A DNA stretch of 64,000 nucleotides from Podarcis cretensis (Eukaryota). Below are positions 12,657-25,559 of this stretch, piece by piece (the stretch's first letter is position 1; every line of letters starts with the position of its first letter). Under the pieces are notes generated by a model. The model was not told the DNA's origin and ran no database searches. It worked only from the letters and a program-made list of their open reading frames with translations. Location: contig OX638157.1 in NCBI GenBank assembly GCA_951804945.1, forward strand, positions 54,126,001-54,190,000. The letters are read 5' to 3'. The position numbers and the translations under genes were made by a program.

Positions 12657-13968
12657 TGATCCCTTAGACCTATCCAATTACCGCCCAGTTTCAAATCTTC
12701 CATATCTGGGTAAGGTAATTGAGAGAGCGGTTGCTAAACAGCTTGGTAGGTTTCTGGAGGAAACATCGGCTTTAGATCCATTTCAGTCCGGTTTCCGTCC
12801 TGGTTTTGGGACCGAGACGGCTCTGGTTGCCCTAACAGATGATCTCCGTAGACAACTGGTCGACATGGTCGATCATGATCTTCTCAACCACCGCCTCGCA
12901 GACGTGGGGATACAGGGCATAGCCCATAACTGGCTGTGCTCTTTTATCTCTGGTCGGGGACAGAGGGTGGCACTAGGGAGGGAAATGTCGTCACGCCATT
13001 CCTTGGTGTGTGGAGTGCCGCAGGGCGCAATTCTCTCCCCGATGCTTTTTAACATCTTTATGCGCCCCCTTGCCCAGATTATCTGGAGATTTGGGCTGGG
13101 CTGTCACCAATATGCTGATGACACTCAGCTCTATCTGCTGATAGATGGCCACACTGACTCGGCCCCGAACACACTGACCAGATGCTTGGAAGCTGTGGCT
13201 GGATGGTTTTGTGGGAGCCGATTGAAACTAAATCCTTCGAAGACAGAGGTCCTATGGCTGGGTCCGGATGGCATGGGGATGAGGGACCAACTCCCTTCTC
13301 TTGCGGGGGCCCATTTATTGCCATTGCCTTCCATTAAGAGTTTGGGTGTAATCCTTGACGCCTCCCTTTCCATGGAGGCGCAAGTTACAGCAACAGCCAA
13401 GGTGACATTTTTCCACCTTCGCCGCATCAAGCAGTTGGTCCCTTACCTTTCCCGCCCCGACCTGGCCACAGTGATCCATGTGACGGTCATCTCCAGGCTT
13501 GACTACTGTAATTTGCTCTACGCGGGGCTGCCCTTGAAGCTGACCCAGAAACTCCAGAGGGTGCAGAATGCTGCAGCGAGGCTCCTCACGGGGTCTCTGC
13601 CATGGGAGCATATTCACCCAGTGCTTTTCAAACTGCACTGGCTCCCGATAGAGTACAGGGCCTGATTTAAGGTGCTGCTTTTGACCTTTAAAGCCCTTCA
13701 TGGCCTAGGACCCTCATACCTACGGGACCGCCTCTCCTGGTATGCCCCACGGAGAGCCTCAAGGTCCATAAATAACAACACCCTAGTGGTCTCAGGCCCT
13801 AAGGAAGTTAGATTGGCTTCAACCAGAGCCAGGGCCTTTTCAACTCTGGCTCCGGCCTGGTGGTACGCTCTGCCTCATGAGACCAGGGCCCTGCAGGATC
13901 TGATTTCTTTCCGCAGGGCCTGTAAGACAGAGTTGTTCCACCTGGCCTTTGGCTTGGAGCCAATTTGA
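12657..13968 (+). pseudogene. L2 ORF2 reverse transcriptase pseudogene
   Basis: ORFs 12586-13665 and 13672-13968 are in the same frame, split by a TGA. The LDLSAAF segment is missing between RRQL and DMVDH. Confidence 0.9.
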
Positions 13969-14170
13969 TTCCTTCCCTCTCTTTCTTTTTTCCTTTCCTT
14001 CTCCTCCTGTGATGAGGCTACATTTTAATATTTAAATGTTTCAATATTTTAATGTTGTATTTTAATTTTGTTTTTAAGTTGTAATCATTCAACTTGTTTT
14101 TATTATTGCTTGTAAGCCGCCTTGGCTGGGGAGGGCGGGGTATAAATAAAAAATTATTATTATTATTATT
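12657..14170 (+). mobile_element. Young 5'-truncated L2 LINE (RT region of ORF2 plus 3' UTR)
   Basis: Motifs NYRPVSNL, QSGFR, GVPQGAILSP, YADD, LKLNPSKTE, SRLDYCN and LHWLP; AT-rich UTR ending GGGCGGGGTATAAATAAA(ATT)n. Confidence 0.95.
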
Positions 14171-14295
14171 TGGCACAACACATGCTAGTAAGAATGCTTC
14201 TTTCCGTACACTGAGTTCATGTTTATTATTTATCATTTGTGATAATGCATTAGGAATTTGTCTCCCATAGTTTATGTACTCAACAGCGGCATTAC

Positions 14296-14780
14296 TTCTT
14301 TGGACAAAACAAAGATCACCAGGGTTGAAGCAATGATTCTTCAACATCAACTTCGTTGGACTTGTCATGTTGTTCGGATGCCTGATTATTGTCTTCCAAA
14401 GCAACTGCTCTATTCCCAACTTAAGAATGGAAAGCAAAATGTGGCAGACAAGAGGTTTAAAAACACTCTTAAGGCAAATCTTTAAAAATGCAGTATAAGC
14501 AAAGATAATTGGGAAACACTGGCCTGCAAGTGCTCCAACTGGAGAATAGCCTCTACCAAAGGCATCACGGACTTTGAAGAAGCACAAACTCAGGACGAAA
14601 GAAAGAAACATGGTAAGAGGAAGGCATGTTTGGCAAATCCTCACCATGATCAACTCTCACCTGGAAACCTATGTCCCCTCTGTGGAAGGACATGTGGCTC
14701 CAGAATTGGCATCCATAGTAACTTATGGACACACTGTTCAGTGTGTTCAGCTACGAGTGATAGCCAAAAAAGAAGAAGAC
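14296..14780 (+). mobile_element. RTE-clade LINE 3' fragment
   Basis: QLRWTCHVVRMPDYCLPKQLLYSQL, a C-terminal CPLCGRTCGSRIGIHSNLWTHC zinc-finger-like motif, and a short GAA tail. Confidence 0.88.
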
Positions 14781-16046
14781 ATCTTTGGGAATCAAACAGT
14801 TATAGACTTTTACTTTGTTTTAAAAGTGCAAAAATGTCCTGCACAAAAATCTGTAGATTTATCTAGCTATAAATTGGCTGGATTGAGCCACTCTGAAGGA
14901 GTTCATGCACCTGTAAACTTTATCCACTTTGATCTAACAGTTATAGCTGTTTGTACATTTCCACATTATAGTGATTGTGGAACACAGAGCTTAATTTTCT
15001 ACTGAGTGGCTTGGAACCCAGCATACAGACTGAAGCAGATAGTGCAGAAAGTAATGAAGAAGAGATAGGAAAATTTAAAAATGTACAGATGCAAGGCAAA
15101 TCTTACAGCCTGTGCATGGCTGTAGTATCTGTAAATCAAATAAGAGCAACAACTAAGGCCGTTATTATACGGGGAGTAATTCAAAACTGGCAATTTTGAA
15201 TAAATGTTTCTATAAAAGATAAGCATGTCTCTTCTAACTTCTGCTGAAGCCTTCTAGGCAAGTTAGGTGTCTGCATTACAGTATCTAAAGCAGTCAGAAA
15301 CTAAAATACTGCAGAACCTCTATCTGAAAATCCACATATATAAATATCATCAGAGCCCAATGATATTATTAAACATATTAAAATAGAATATGTTTAAATA
15401 AAATAACATTAAAAGAGCATTGTAGTTTGTAAGTAGAACATTGCTATCCATGTGCTCACTGTGCATGCCCCAGGAAATATCAGATTTTCAAACATTAATC
15501 CTGTTTTTTGTGAGTTCTCCTCCTGTAGATGAATCATAATTTCAGAGAATTCTTTGTAATCTGGTGCAGAAAGCTGCTGCCCAAAGAAAACCACATCAGA
15601 TATTCTGCCGGCTGCTCCCAAGCCCCTGAGCACCTCCTAAAATCTACTTACCAGACTGTGGCTTTGAACCACAAAGCACCATCTAACGACAGATGCTGCA
15701 GTCCAGGAAGAAGTATCTACAGATGGAAGCAGGTTTTCAAACACACATCCCCTTGCTGGATCTATAAACCCATGTGTAAGGAACGCATCTGCATCTCAGT
15801 GCTCATCCAAGTCCCATAGATCTTGATGGATGCATCTCCACCTGGAGCCATTCACTACCATTGGCATGCAGAAGCTGAGCGGAATTACTGCCAGAGATTT
15901 CAATATAATGGGGAAATTTAACGAGATGAACTAATGTTACCTAACATGTATGTTTTGCAACCTATTGGCTGTACAAAGTCGTAATCAATATATGATAAAT
16001 AAAACCTAAGAGGAGCAGGCTGCCATAGCGGTGGAGTCAGTGGTTA

Positions 16047-16546
16047 CCGTATTTTTCTGTGTATACTACGCCTCCATGTATGTCAACCCCTACTTTTTTA
16101 AACCCAAAATTAAGAAATTAAGTTGTTTAGCTTTTTGGGGGGGTGGGGGAGGTCACTTCTGCCAATTACTCACTCACCTGCCTGAAACTGCCAATTGCTT
16201 GCCACGGCCACTGCCGATTGCACACCTTGCCGCAGCTGCCAATTGTCTGCCCATTTGCCACCACCAACAGCCCACGCTCCCGCCCACTTGCCATTGTCAC
16301 CAATCACCTGGCAGCCTTGGCACACCTGCCAATCACCTGCCCAATTGCCACAACCATAGCCAATCACCAGCAGGCCTTGCCGCAGCCACCAATCACCCAC
16401 CCAATTGCAGCTGCCAATCTCATGCTTGCTGATGCCATTAATCGCACATCCCCCCCTCTGAATTCACTATCCGTGTATAAGATGACACCCAATTTCTGCC
16501 CTTTTTTTATAGCAAAAATCATTGTCTTATACACTAGAAAATACGG
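16047..16546. mobile_element. Tc1/mariner-type MITE (CCGTATTTT TIR) with an internal CCAAT-rich repeat
   Basis: TA|CCGTATTTTTC...GAAAATACGG|TA; subterminal TGTATA..AC motifs shared with 36868-37267. Confidence 0.85.
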
Positions 16547-18347
16547 TATGTAGTAATCCCACTGCTGATATCAGTACTTTGTAGCAACCTGGTCATTTGA
16601 CTTTTTAATTCTTTATTTATATGTAGGCGTTAAGAGCTCATGACACACCATCGCCTCTTTAGCATTTGTGTTCTAAATACTGTTCCTTTAAGAACATGTG
16701 CTTGAGATTGCTCCCCCCCCCATTCTTTTTACCTGGTGTGTTACCTGCTTTTAAAATTGCAAGCTTGAAGGTCTTAGCAGCAGACCCCAAGAGTGTCCTG
16801 GAAAAACCAGTAACCACATTTACTTATTGCAAGAGAATAGCAGGCATTTGGGTTGCTGTGATCTCATGTAATTTTGCACTGCAATGCCTCCCTCTCAAGT
16901 GTTTTTCTTTTTTGGGGAGGGAACTCCAACCAAAATCATGTGAGATCATGGCAACCAAAATGGCCGCAAGTTCTTATGATAAAAAATGAGAAGATAGCGT
17001 CTAGGGTTTTGGCTTCAAGGCTTGGAGGGTATATAGTAGTGATATCTGTAAACCACTCTGGTGTTTTTTTTGTTTTTACTGAGGGGTGGGGTTTATTTGC
17101 TTTAAGCACACAAACATCACTAGCCTAGTTTGTTCTTAACCAGCTGCCAAATGCAGAACCTCTATACAGTGTATGTCACTAGCTTCAGATGTAAGTAAAT
17201 GGTAAATCCTTTCCCCATTCAGTCAACTATATACAAGCAAACAGGAATATATTTCTGTTTCTTTGTATATAGTCTATATTCTCTCTCTAGTATATAGAGG
17301 ATATAACATATTAACATGCATACTTCTCCTTAGAGTGTTCCACTTTCTCCACAGGCTGTAACTTCCCTTTTAATATAGAGGGCATTCCAAACCACACTCT
17401 TGTTCTGTCAGGGACTGTCTTCTGAAACTGAGGGAGAATGTTACCTAGGCTTTGACTTTTGCAGAGTACAAGAACAGTGGAGAAGAAATTAGCCTGAAGA
17501 AAAGGGCAGAAGAAAATAATCCCTTTGGTATTCATGCTAATTCTCTTTTAAAAATAAATTATGTGCAACAGAACTGACAAAACTACCCAAGGACCAGCTT
17601 TAGCAAAAAAAAGAAAAAAAAGAAGCCCTTTTGATATATGCTTTGAGATATGGAAGATGCACACTTCCCTAAGACATTTCCCTGGACAATGCAATGAATT
17701 ATAATAATAATAATAAAAACATAAACAAGCATATCACTCACTATGAGGTTGTTTCCTTCAAGGTCAGGCTTCAGAAGGTTTAAAGGCCTGGCCTTTGCCA
17801 GGGCCTCAAAAGAGGCAAAGAACCCATCATGCCATGATCCCACTCTCTCTTTACAGGGAGAACCCAAGAAGAATAAAGAAAGGGTGAGAGAATGACCTGC
17901 TGAGACTCTTTGAGAGTGCCTCACCCAAAGGGCCCCCAAATCCTCAATCCGGCATTGTGTCTTCCTTTGCAAAGAGCAGATAAAGTATCATTTTACTGCA
18001 CATTCTCCTATTCTGCAAAACACTTCAGCCAAAAAAGTGCCGCTGTTCAATTTAATAGCTTTCCTTGCAACCGAAAAATAAGTGTTTGAGTCTTTAACAT
18101 GTGGCTCAGAACTGCTATTTAGTTTCTGTCATTTAGTCATGTCAAGCTCTTCACATCTCAACAACAAAGTTAAGGCAGGCAATCATGTGCCTATTTCCCC
18201 ATAATGTAAAGAAATATACTTCTATTTCCTCCTGAATATAATTCCATTTGCAGCTGAAGAAAATACAAAAATAACAGCGCCCTACTTTAACACCTCAGAG
18301 AGCTGGAGAGATCAAATCCAATTCTAAGGAAGTGTGTTTGGAGTATT

Positions 18348-18403
18348 GGAGGAGGAGGAGGAGGAGGAGGAGGAGATGGAGAAAGGAAGAAGAAGAAGAA
18401 GAA
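18348..18403. repeat. (GAG)n/(GAA)n purine microsatellite
   Basis: Direct read. Confidence 0.9.
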
Positions 18404-20326
18404 AGAGGGGGAGGATGTTGGAATTCCTCATGATTGATTCTAATGAGAGATTATTAGAGAAGAGCTGTTTTTTCAAGGCTGGCATCCACTGGCCTGCCTT
18501 CACATTCTAGTATAAAACATTTTGAAACATTTTCCTGGCCAAAAACGTCTTCTGGGTTTGTTTGTTTATTTTTCCTTGTGATAACACTTCATCCCATTCT
18601 ATTCACCATTTTCTTTAATTGCTGTAAAGTTACCAACTCAAGGTAGTGATTACAGCACTCCATCTGCTAGAAAAAACTATGAGTATTCCAGCCCCCACAA
18701 GATACGAGCTGGTAACATTTGAATATTTTTTTTCCAGCAGTGACTGCATGTTCTGCTAGAATATCTGTTTGATATCCAGAGCCAGAATGCACTCGCAACC
18801 TAGCAGCTGCACATACAATGCTGAAATACTGTTTCAACCTGAAGCAACCTTTATAAATTCTATAGTTTTTGCATGATACCTCTTGAAGGTGAAAACAGTT
18901 GTAAATTATTTTTTCCCACCCATCTCCTTCTTTCAGGCTGCTAGCCCCTAAACTTCTTAAGCCAGCAGAACCACCAATAGGGCCCCCTCCACTGAGGTGG
19001 TGGTCTTATTCTGTTGTAACTATATTTGATGCTCTGCGGTAACTTATAATTGGTAGCTCTTAACATTCAAACAGGGAGTGCCAGTGTTTGAATGCAATGC
19101 GCTTTGCTGAAGGAGACACACTGCTGTGCTATTATTAGTAGGAATCTAATAGTTCCTGACTTTGTGCACTCTGGCGATATTCTGGAGATGTTAGGAGCAA
19201 GTCTGCCCTTTTGACACTTGTGATTTTACACTGCGATTCCCCCCTCCTTTCTCGGGCTGAGCAAGCATTTGATATGGCGGCCATTTTGCCAGCATGTTGC
19301 AGCAGCATATCTCGAGTTCCTGTGAAAGATGATTAAGGGTAAATAACATGTTATCCTTTATATTCTGTTGGATTCCAACTCCATCAGCCGCAGGAAGCAA
19401 AACCAATGCTTTATGGATGATGGGACTTGTAGTTCAACAGCATCTGGAGGGTACCACATTGCCTTCCTCTAGATTGTTCTGACAGAAAACTGCATTCCAT
19501 TGTATTAGGGCATTTTTGTTTTATCGTCTCCTATGCCCTTTTACGCAAAACATTCAAACCTTCAGAAGATTAAAATTGATGGCAACTCCAGTTAAGAACC
19601 AACTCTGGAGTTTATGTATTAAATGGATTTTCAGATTAATGGAAATGGTGCGCAACTGAACATTTATGGGCTTATTCATTAAACTTCATTATGCCCTTTA
19701 TAAATCCTTTATGCTTGCGGGAAACAAATGAAAACAACAGTGGATTTGTGGAACATTTCTAAAGTGAATTAAATTTAGCATTAGTGCAGGATCAGTGCTC
19801 TTATAATCAGAGCCCTTCAAACTATTTCAGCACAATTCCCCAAAGCAGAAGTACATTGCAGAAAACCAATACTGACATCTTAACCATGCTTTGCAGCACA
19901 CACTGAATGAAATGCACTTCTTCACACCAAAAGCAGATCGACATAGTTGTGTGCTATCAGTTTCACACAGGAAAGAAATACTTTTAGGAAAAGCTTTATA
20001 TTTTTGTGTTTTGGGCATGCTTCTCCAGGTAAAATTTAATTCAGAGAAACAGTGCCACAGAATGATCCTATCATTTAAAGTGAAAACAAACAGTTGATTG
20101 TGTCTAAGTTCAGGTGATATCAAGTTTTGTGAATGTCACCAATCCCAGATAAATTTGGTGACTGTCCATATTTCCTAATAAAAAGAACTATGTTGAATTA
20201 TGCCTAATGAGAAAATGTGTCTGGATCTTTTAGAACAAGGCTGAGAATGAGCGAGTTAAAAAAGGAGCTGTCTGGCTTCTCCTGGGATATTAAGAGGATG
20301 AAAAATAAGCCATGGTACATAATTAT

Positions 20327-20462
20327 TTCCAAATAGGTACCTCTGTTAGTCTGTTGCAGCAAAAACAACAAAGCATCTAGTGGGACCCTAAAGACTTACA
20401 AATTTATGATGCCATAAGTTTTTTCTGACAAAGTGGATTCTAGTCCACAGAAGCTTATGCCC
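20327..20462. mobile_element. Penelope-like element terminal remnant with a decayed hammerhead motif
   Basis: GTTAGTCTGTTGCAGCAAAAACAACAAAG...AAAGACT.ACAAATTTAT; inverted CATAAG/CTTATG; CTGACAA-A-GTGGA-TTCTAG-TCCAC-AGAAG. Confidence 0.65.
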
Positions 20463-20667
20463 AAATATACCTTAGTGATGTGAAAGACAACTTTCTGTTT
20501 AATCACAGAACTGTCTGCAAAATGGGCTGCTTTTTCATCAGACCTTCAAATTGCAAAGCTTTTGCAGTTCAGAATCAAGAATCTGAAACTTAAAGGTTAC
20601 AAGGACAATGTGTCTACTAATGATGTATTTAAAAACTAACTTGAAAGTTTCAAGAATAAGGGTATAT

Positions 20668-20833
20668 CAGGGGTCAGCAACCTAAGGTCCATGGGCCGGA
20701 AGTGGCCCATGAAGGTCATTTGACCAGCCCCCAAGCCGCCCCCGAAAATCACGGGCACCCACGCGATCCGGCCCACGGAGGGATCTCTGCAGGACCAATC
20801 CGGCCCAGGCAAGATAAACCTTGCTGACCCCTG
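20668..20833. mobile_element. hAT (Charlie-like) MITE
   Basis: 13-bp TIR CAGGGGTCAGCAA/TTGCTGACCCCTG; 8-bp TSD GGGTATAT/GGGTGTAT; subterminal GGCCC motifs. Confidence 0.92.
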
Positions 20834-20914
20834 GGGTGTATGATCCAGCTATAAAAAATTTTAAGTCCCATATAGCACATTGGGTACCAGTTCAATGCTT
20901 GCTTGACTCTTCTG

Positions 20915-21324
20915 TAGGGATGGAGGAGAAATCCAGTTCAGTTCACATTTAATGGCAAATCTACCGAATCTACCGAATCTGCACTTTATGAACAATATGC
21001 AAACTGAAAGTCTTTAGAAATTCACTCTTCTCTAAATTTTCCTGTGCAACTCCAACCAAGGGATGTATGCCTACTGGGGCAAAAAATAAATGCATATATA
21101 CATGAATATAACATACAAAAATAAATTATATTAAGAAAATTTCTTTGCAAACATGTTTCTCTTAGGCAAAATTGCATTAAAAGGTGTATATTAGGATAAA
21201 TTTGGACTGATGCTGATGAACTTTCACGAAGACCTTAAAAAATAAACAGATATGGAAACGTGGAGAATTGAATTTAGGGCTGAAAAAAATGAGAAACTGA
21301 GAAAATCCATCCCTTCCATCCCTA
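20915..21324. mobile_element. hAT-like MITE (TAGGGATG-TIR family)
   Basis: TAGGGATGGA...TCCATCCCTA TIR; 8-bp flanks CTCTTCTG/CACTGCTG (6/8). Confidence 0.85.
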
Positions 21325-22329
21325 CACTGCTGTCTATCTCAATGGCTTAGATCTTGAGAAGCACTCAGGGAAGATGGTTGTCAGAATGTGATTCCACACA
21401 TTCTCCCCTCTGCAACCCCATGCCCTCAAGACCACTCCTTAGGGAGAGAGGACCAGCTGATTGGAATGGCTTTCAGCATGGGAGAGTGAGTTGATGGGCC
21501 ATCACTCAAAAGCAAGTGGAGTCACCTTCTGTAAGCAGAAGTCCGTAATTTCAGGGAACCTGCCATTGGGTGATTGCAAGGGGAGCTGGTTTCAGTTTTG
21601 ACTCCATTCAACATGTTCCAAAGCTTTAAAGCCACAGCCCCTTGCCTCATGTTCAGGCAGCAGCTGTTATAAAATGTTGGCTATAGAAACTCTTGCAGAC
21701 TCTTCAGGTCCAGTGGGAGAAGATCACAGGTAATAAGGAACAGTGGGAAGCAGTTCGGGAGTATTAAGGTCTAACTGTACATTTTCTTGGCTACTTTTGC
21801 TTAGTTATAGCTTCCTTTCTGCTCCTACGCAACTCCCCCTAGAGGATGTTCTACTGCCATATAGCAATGTATGAAGTTTTGTGTTCCATGGAAAATAATA
21901 GATTTCTCCCATTTTCCAGGTAGTTCTAAACTTAGTAACAACCCATATGATTTCCAGTAACGCTGTTGTTACAGTTAGTCATGAAAAAAGAGGAAAACCA
22001 GTATAAATAAATTAGCTGCATTCTGAAATGCATCGTGAAGAGACCAGAATTTCATTTTGCCACCATTTTCAAACTGTATCTTGTTTATTTTGCAGAATTG
22101 CATGTTGTTTTAGATGTGCTTTAAAACACAGCAGCTACTGTAAGTTCCACTTCTTCCAATTTGCCAGTATGTTAAGGGAAGTTTTCTAACATTTCTCATT
22201 AATATTATTTTTCACTTTCAGCAGACCCCCAAACTTAACCTGTTTATTAAATGAGACAACTCACTGGGAGATATGTGATTGGAACTCCTATGGGCTGACT
22301 TGTTTTGTTTTGAGTTCAAAGCAGCTGTA

Positions 22330-22674
22330 AAGGTAAAGGTAAAGGGACCCCTGACCATTAGGTCCAGTCGTAACTGACTCTGGGGTTGTGGCGCTCATCT
22401 CGCTTTATTGGCCGAGGGAGCCAACGTACAGCTTCCGGGCCATCTGGCCAGTATGACTAAGCCGCTTCTGGCGAACCAGAGTAGCGCACGGAAACACCGT
22501 TTACCTTCTCGCCTATTTATCTACTTGTATTTTGACATGCTTTCCAACTGCTAGGTTGGCAGGAACAGGGACCAAGCAACGGGAGCTTACCCTGTCATGG
22601 GGATTCGAACTGCCGACCTTCTGATCGGCAAGTCCTAGACTCTGTGGTTTAACCCACAGTGCCACCCGCGTCCC
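22330..22674 (-). mobile_element. Full-length Sauria SINE
   Basis: 15-bp TSD TTCAAAGCAGCTGTA (22315-22329 / 22675-22689). Confidence 0.95.
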
Positions 22675-23370
22675 TTCAAAGCAGCTGTAGAGGAGCCTAA
22701 ATTGGATCTAAATATCTCCCAAGCTACTAGTTCTCACTTAGAGAGAAACATATTGGTATCTATATGGTATGTCCCGCAGGATAAATAACATCTGCAAGGA
22801 AGGAGATTTAGAATGGGGAAATGGCACGGGTTCAACCCCTCACCCAACTGCCCACCTCTGATCCAGTTCTTCCCAAAGCATTTCTGAACTTGAAGAAAAC
22901 AGCCACTGGGAGATCATGGATCTCCTGTCTTCCTACCTAGTTTGATCCTGATACAAGAATAAATAGTGGGATTCCTTGAGAAAAATATTTTTGTAGCCAT
23001 TATTTGCTACCATCTTGAATAATAATCTGTAATGGTATTTTCCCATTACCAAAATGTTATATTTCACCGCTATTTGTCTAGTCCTGATGAAGATCACAGC
23101 TGGCATCATCCTTAAACATCAGCTGCCAAGGACTGGAAGGGACCAGTCCTAGCCACTGTTTCCTTCTCTCTATTACTGGTTGCTAGAGGTGGGTGGATGA
23201 ATGGAGATGGTGGCAAGGAGCAACAGCTGATGATCTCATGTTCTCTATTTTAACATTGCATTTGTATCACACATTCCCCACAAGGAATGAGGGCAAGCAC
23301 ATGTGTTTGCGGCAATTTACAATGATATAATGCAAATAACTCTCCTGCCACATGGTTCATGTCCTCCAAG

Positions 23371-23559
23371 TGGGGTCTAAACCACTGAGTTCCTTGGGCT
23401 TGCCAGCCAGAAGGTTGGTGGTTTGAATCCCTGAAATGAGGTGAGCTCCCGTTGCTCTGTCCCAGCTTCTTCCAACCTAGCAGTTCGAAAGCATACCAGT
23501 TCAAGTAGATAAATAGGTACTGCTGTGGCTGGAAGGTTAACAGCATTTCTGTGTGCTCT
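23371..23559 (+). mobile_element. Sauria SINE fragment
   Basis: GGTCTAAACCACTGAG...CAAGTAGATAAATAGGTAC. Confidence 0.88.
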
Positions 23560-24219
23560 GAACCTAGCCCCTTTAGAGGGAATCACTCAATTTTCTTGTC
23601 ATGCAATTAATTTATGCATATGTTCTTAGACTTTTATTAAAATGTAGCTCTTTTTGTTTACATCCCATTTTGAGAGCATTTAAGTCACAAATGGGGGGCA
23701 GTTTATTAAAAAAACAACTTTATTTTTCATGGGGGATGCTTTTAACATTTGAAGAGAAATTTTAATTGCTTTTTTACCATAAATAATATCTTCCCTGAGT
23801 CTGTATTATGAAGCTTGATTGATTCATTATTTTAAGTCTCTGGGTACCACATGAATGATTTTATAATAAAACTACATTAATATTAGAAGTTATGTCAATT
23901 ATGTTTTTAAATTGAGCACTAATGAAAAAAGGTCTCCTGCACAAATGTATAATTAATATCTTCCTCACCAAATACTTATACTGATAACTAGTAATAGCTC
24001 TGTCTTATTTAAAAATCCTGTCTGTAATGTCCATAAAGGGGGGGAAAGAGGATACTTTGTTTTAAAATAAAATGTGGAAATCCATTTTGTTTTCCCAAAC
24101 TGAAGGGTTTTTTTTTGTTTTTAAAGCAGCCCTCATCTTTACACAACATGTTCTTAAACCACATTGGGGTTCCTGTTAGCAACTAGTCTTTGTACTGTCA
24201 GAAGCCACATTCATATTAT

Positions 24220-24370
24220 ATATTTAAAGCCCGTTGCTTCCACCAAATAATTCTGGAAACTGTAGTTAAGTCTTCACAGAGCTACAATTCCCAGCACTCT
24301 CAACAAGCTACAGTTCCCATGATTCTTTGGGTTAAGCCATGGGCTTTAACTGGACAGTGTAGGTGTGGCC
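24220..24370. mobile_element. Palindromic MITE (GAAACTGTAGTT...CTACAGTTCCC family)
   Basis: Same motifs recur near 5070, 57980 and 59500-59570. Confidence 0.6.
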
Positions 24371-24545
24371 AGAGAATAACTACAGAAGAAGAATGGTGGA
24401 CCAAGATTCCAAATGCCACTCTCAAAGTGGGCCACTGAGGGCCAAACTACACATTAATTTAAATCCAAAGATCTGCACTTGAGTGCAGGTGCTTCTCACA
24501 TATACATAGATTCTTGATGTGAGGACCCCAGCATGGATAAGAATA

Positions 24546-24786
24546 CAGTGGAACCTTGGTTCTCGAACACCTTGGTACTTGAACATTTCGGTTCCCAAAC
24601 GCCAAAAACCTGGAAGTAAGTGTTCTGGTTTCCGAACGTTTTTCAGAAGCCGAACGTCCGATGCAGCTGTTGGCTATTGTTTTCGGGGTGCCTGCGCCAA
24701 TCAGAAGCCACACCTTGGTTTTCAAATGTTTTGGAAGACAAATGGACTTCCGTAATGGATTATGTTCGAGAACCAAGGTACCACTG
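24546..24786. mobile_element. Tc1/mariner (Tigger-like) MITE, second family
   Basis: TA|CAGTGGAACCTTGGTTCTCGAAC...GTTCGAGAACCAAGGTACCACTG|TA; related to 55168-55405. Confidence 0.92.
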
Positions 24787-25537
24787 TACTAGAATGAGAA
24801 GTGGGATATTTTATGCCCTTTCCTCATGCCGTGATCTCAGTCTGGATATTCCCTTTCTTCACAACTGCAACTTGTATTGCCAATAAATAAATAAATAAAT
24901 GACAACAACCCAGTTATTTCAATGGGACCTCCTTTTTTGCAATTTGATTTGAAGTCCAGCCCATCTTCTGATCCAGATTGGGACCACAGTGGGAGGGAAA
25001 GTATTTAAGTTCCAAGAGTCTAAGTTTCCAATCTGGAACCTCTGCTGTCATAACCATGAAGATATGATCACTTGTAGTCCCCCACCCCTGAGGTCCTTAA
25101 TGATATAGGCACCCTGCTCACTTTATAAGTCTGAGTTGGAAACTAGAAGATGGATTGGCATCCCACTTGGTATCAGATTAGTCTCAGGAGGCTCCCGTTG
25201 CTGAAGCATTATTTTTTTAGACATAACAGCTTTCCATCCACACTCGTGGTCTGGAGGCTGTTGAGCTAAACTGGAAAGAGGAAAGAGAGGCCAAGTTCTA
25301 GATCTTTTAATATTGATGGGAAATGTGAATATGTGAATTTCCGTGTAATGTCCTTGCATTACAAGATGCTAAAGGTTAATGAAGTTTCAGCCATTGCTCA
25401 ACGTTTATGGCTCTATTAATTTTATGTTAGAAATGAAACTAAATGCAATTTTAATGCACTCACACATGCATCTAGCCACAAAGTATATTGATCACCTATC
25501 AGGCTATAAAATAAATTCTAAAAGTAAGTAGATAATA

Positions 25538-25559
25538 GTGTGTGTGTGTGTGTGTGTGT
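25538..25559. repeat. (TG)n microsatellite
   Basis: Direct read. Confidence 0.9.

Noticed and set aside
12586-13665. 359-aa ORF as a host gene
   Set aside because: It is L2 reverse transcriptase, 5'-truncated and missing a catalytic motif.
15652-15716. Possible minus-strand exon (CTGTAG ... GTAAGT)
   Set aside because: The splice signals are plausible, but no frame gives a recognisable peptide and I found no partner exons. Such matches are expected by chance.
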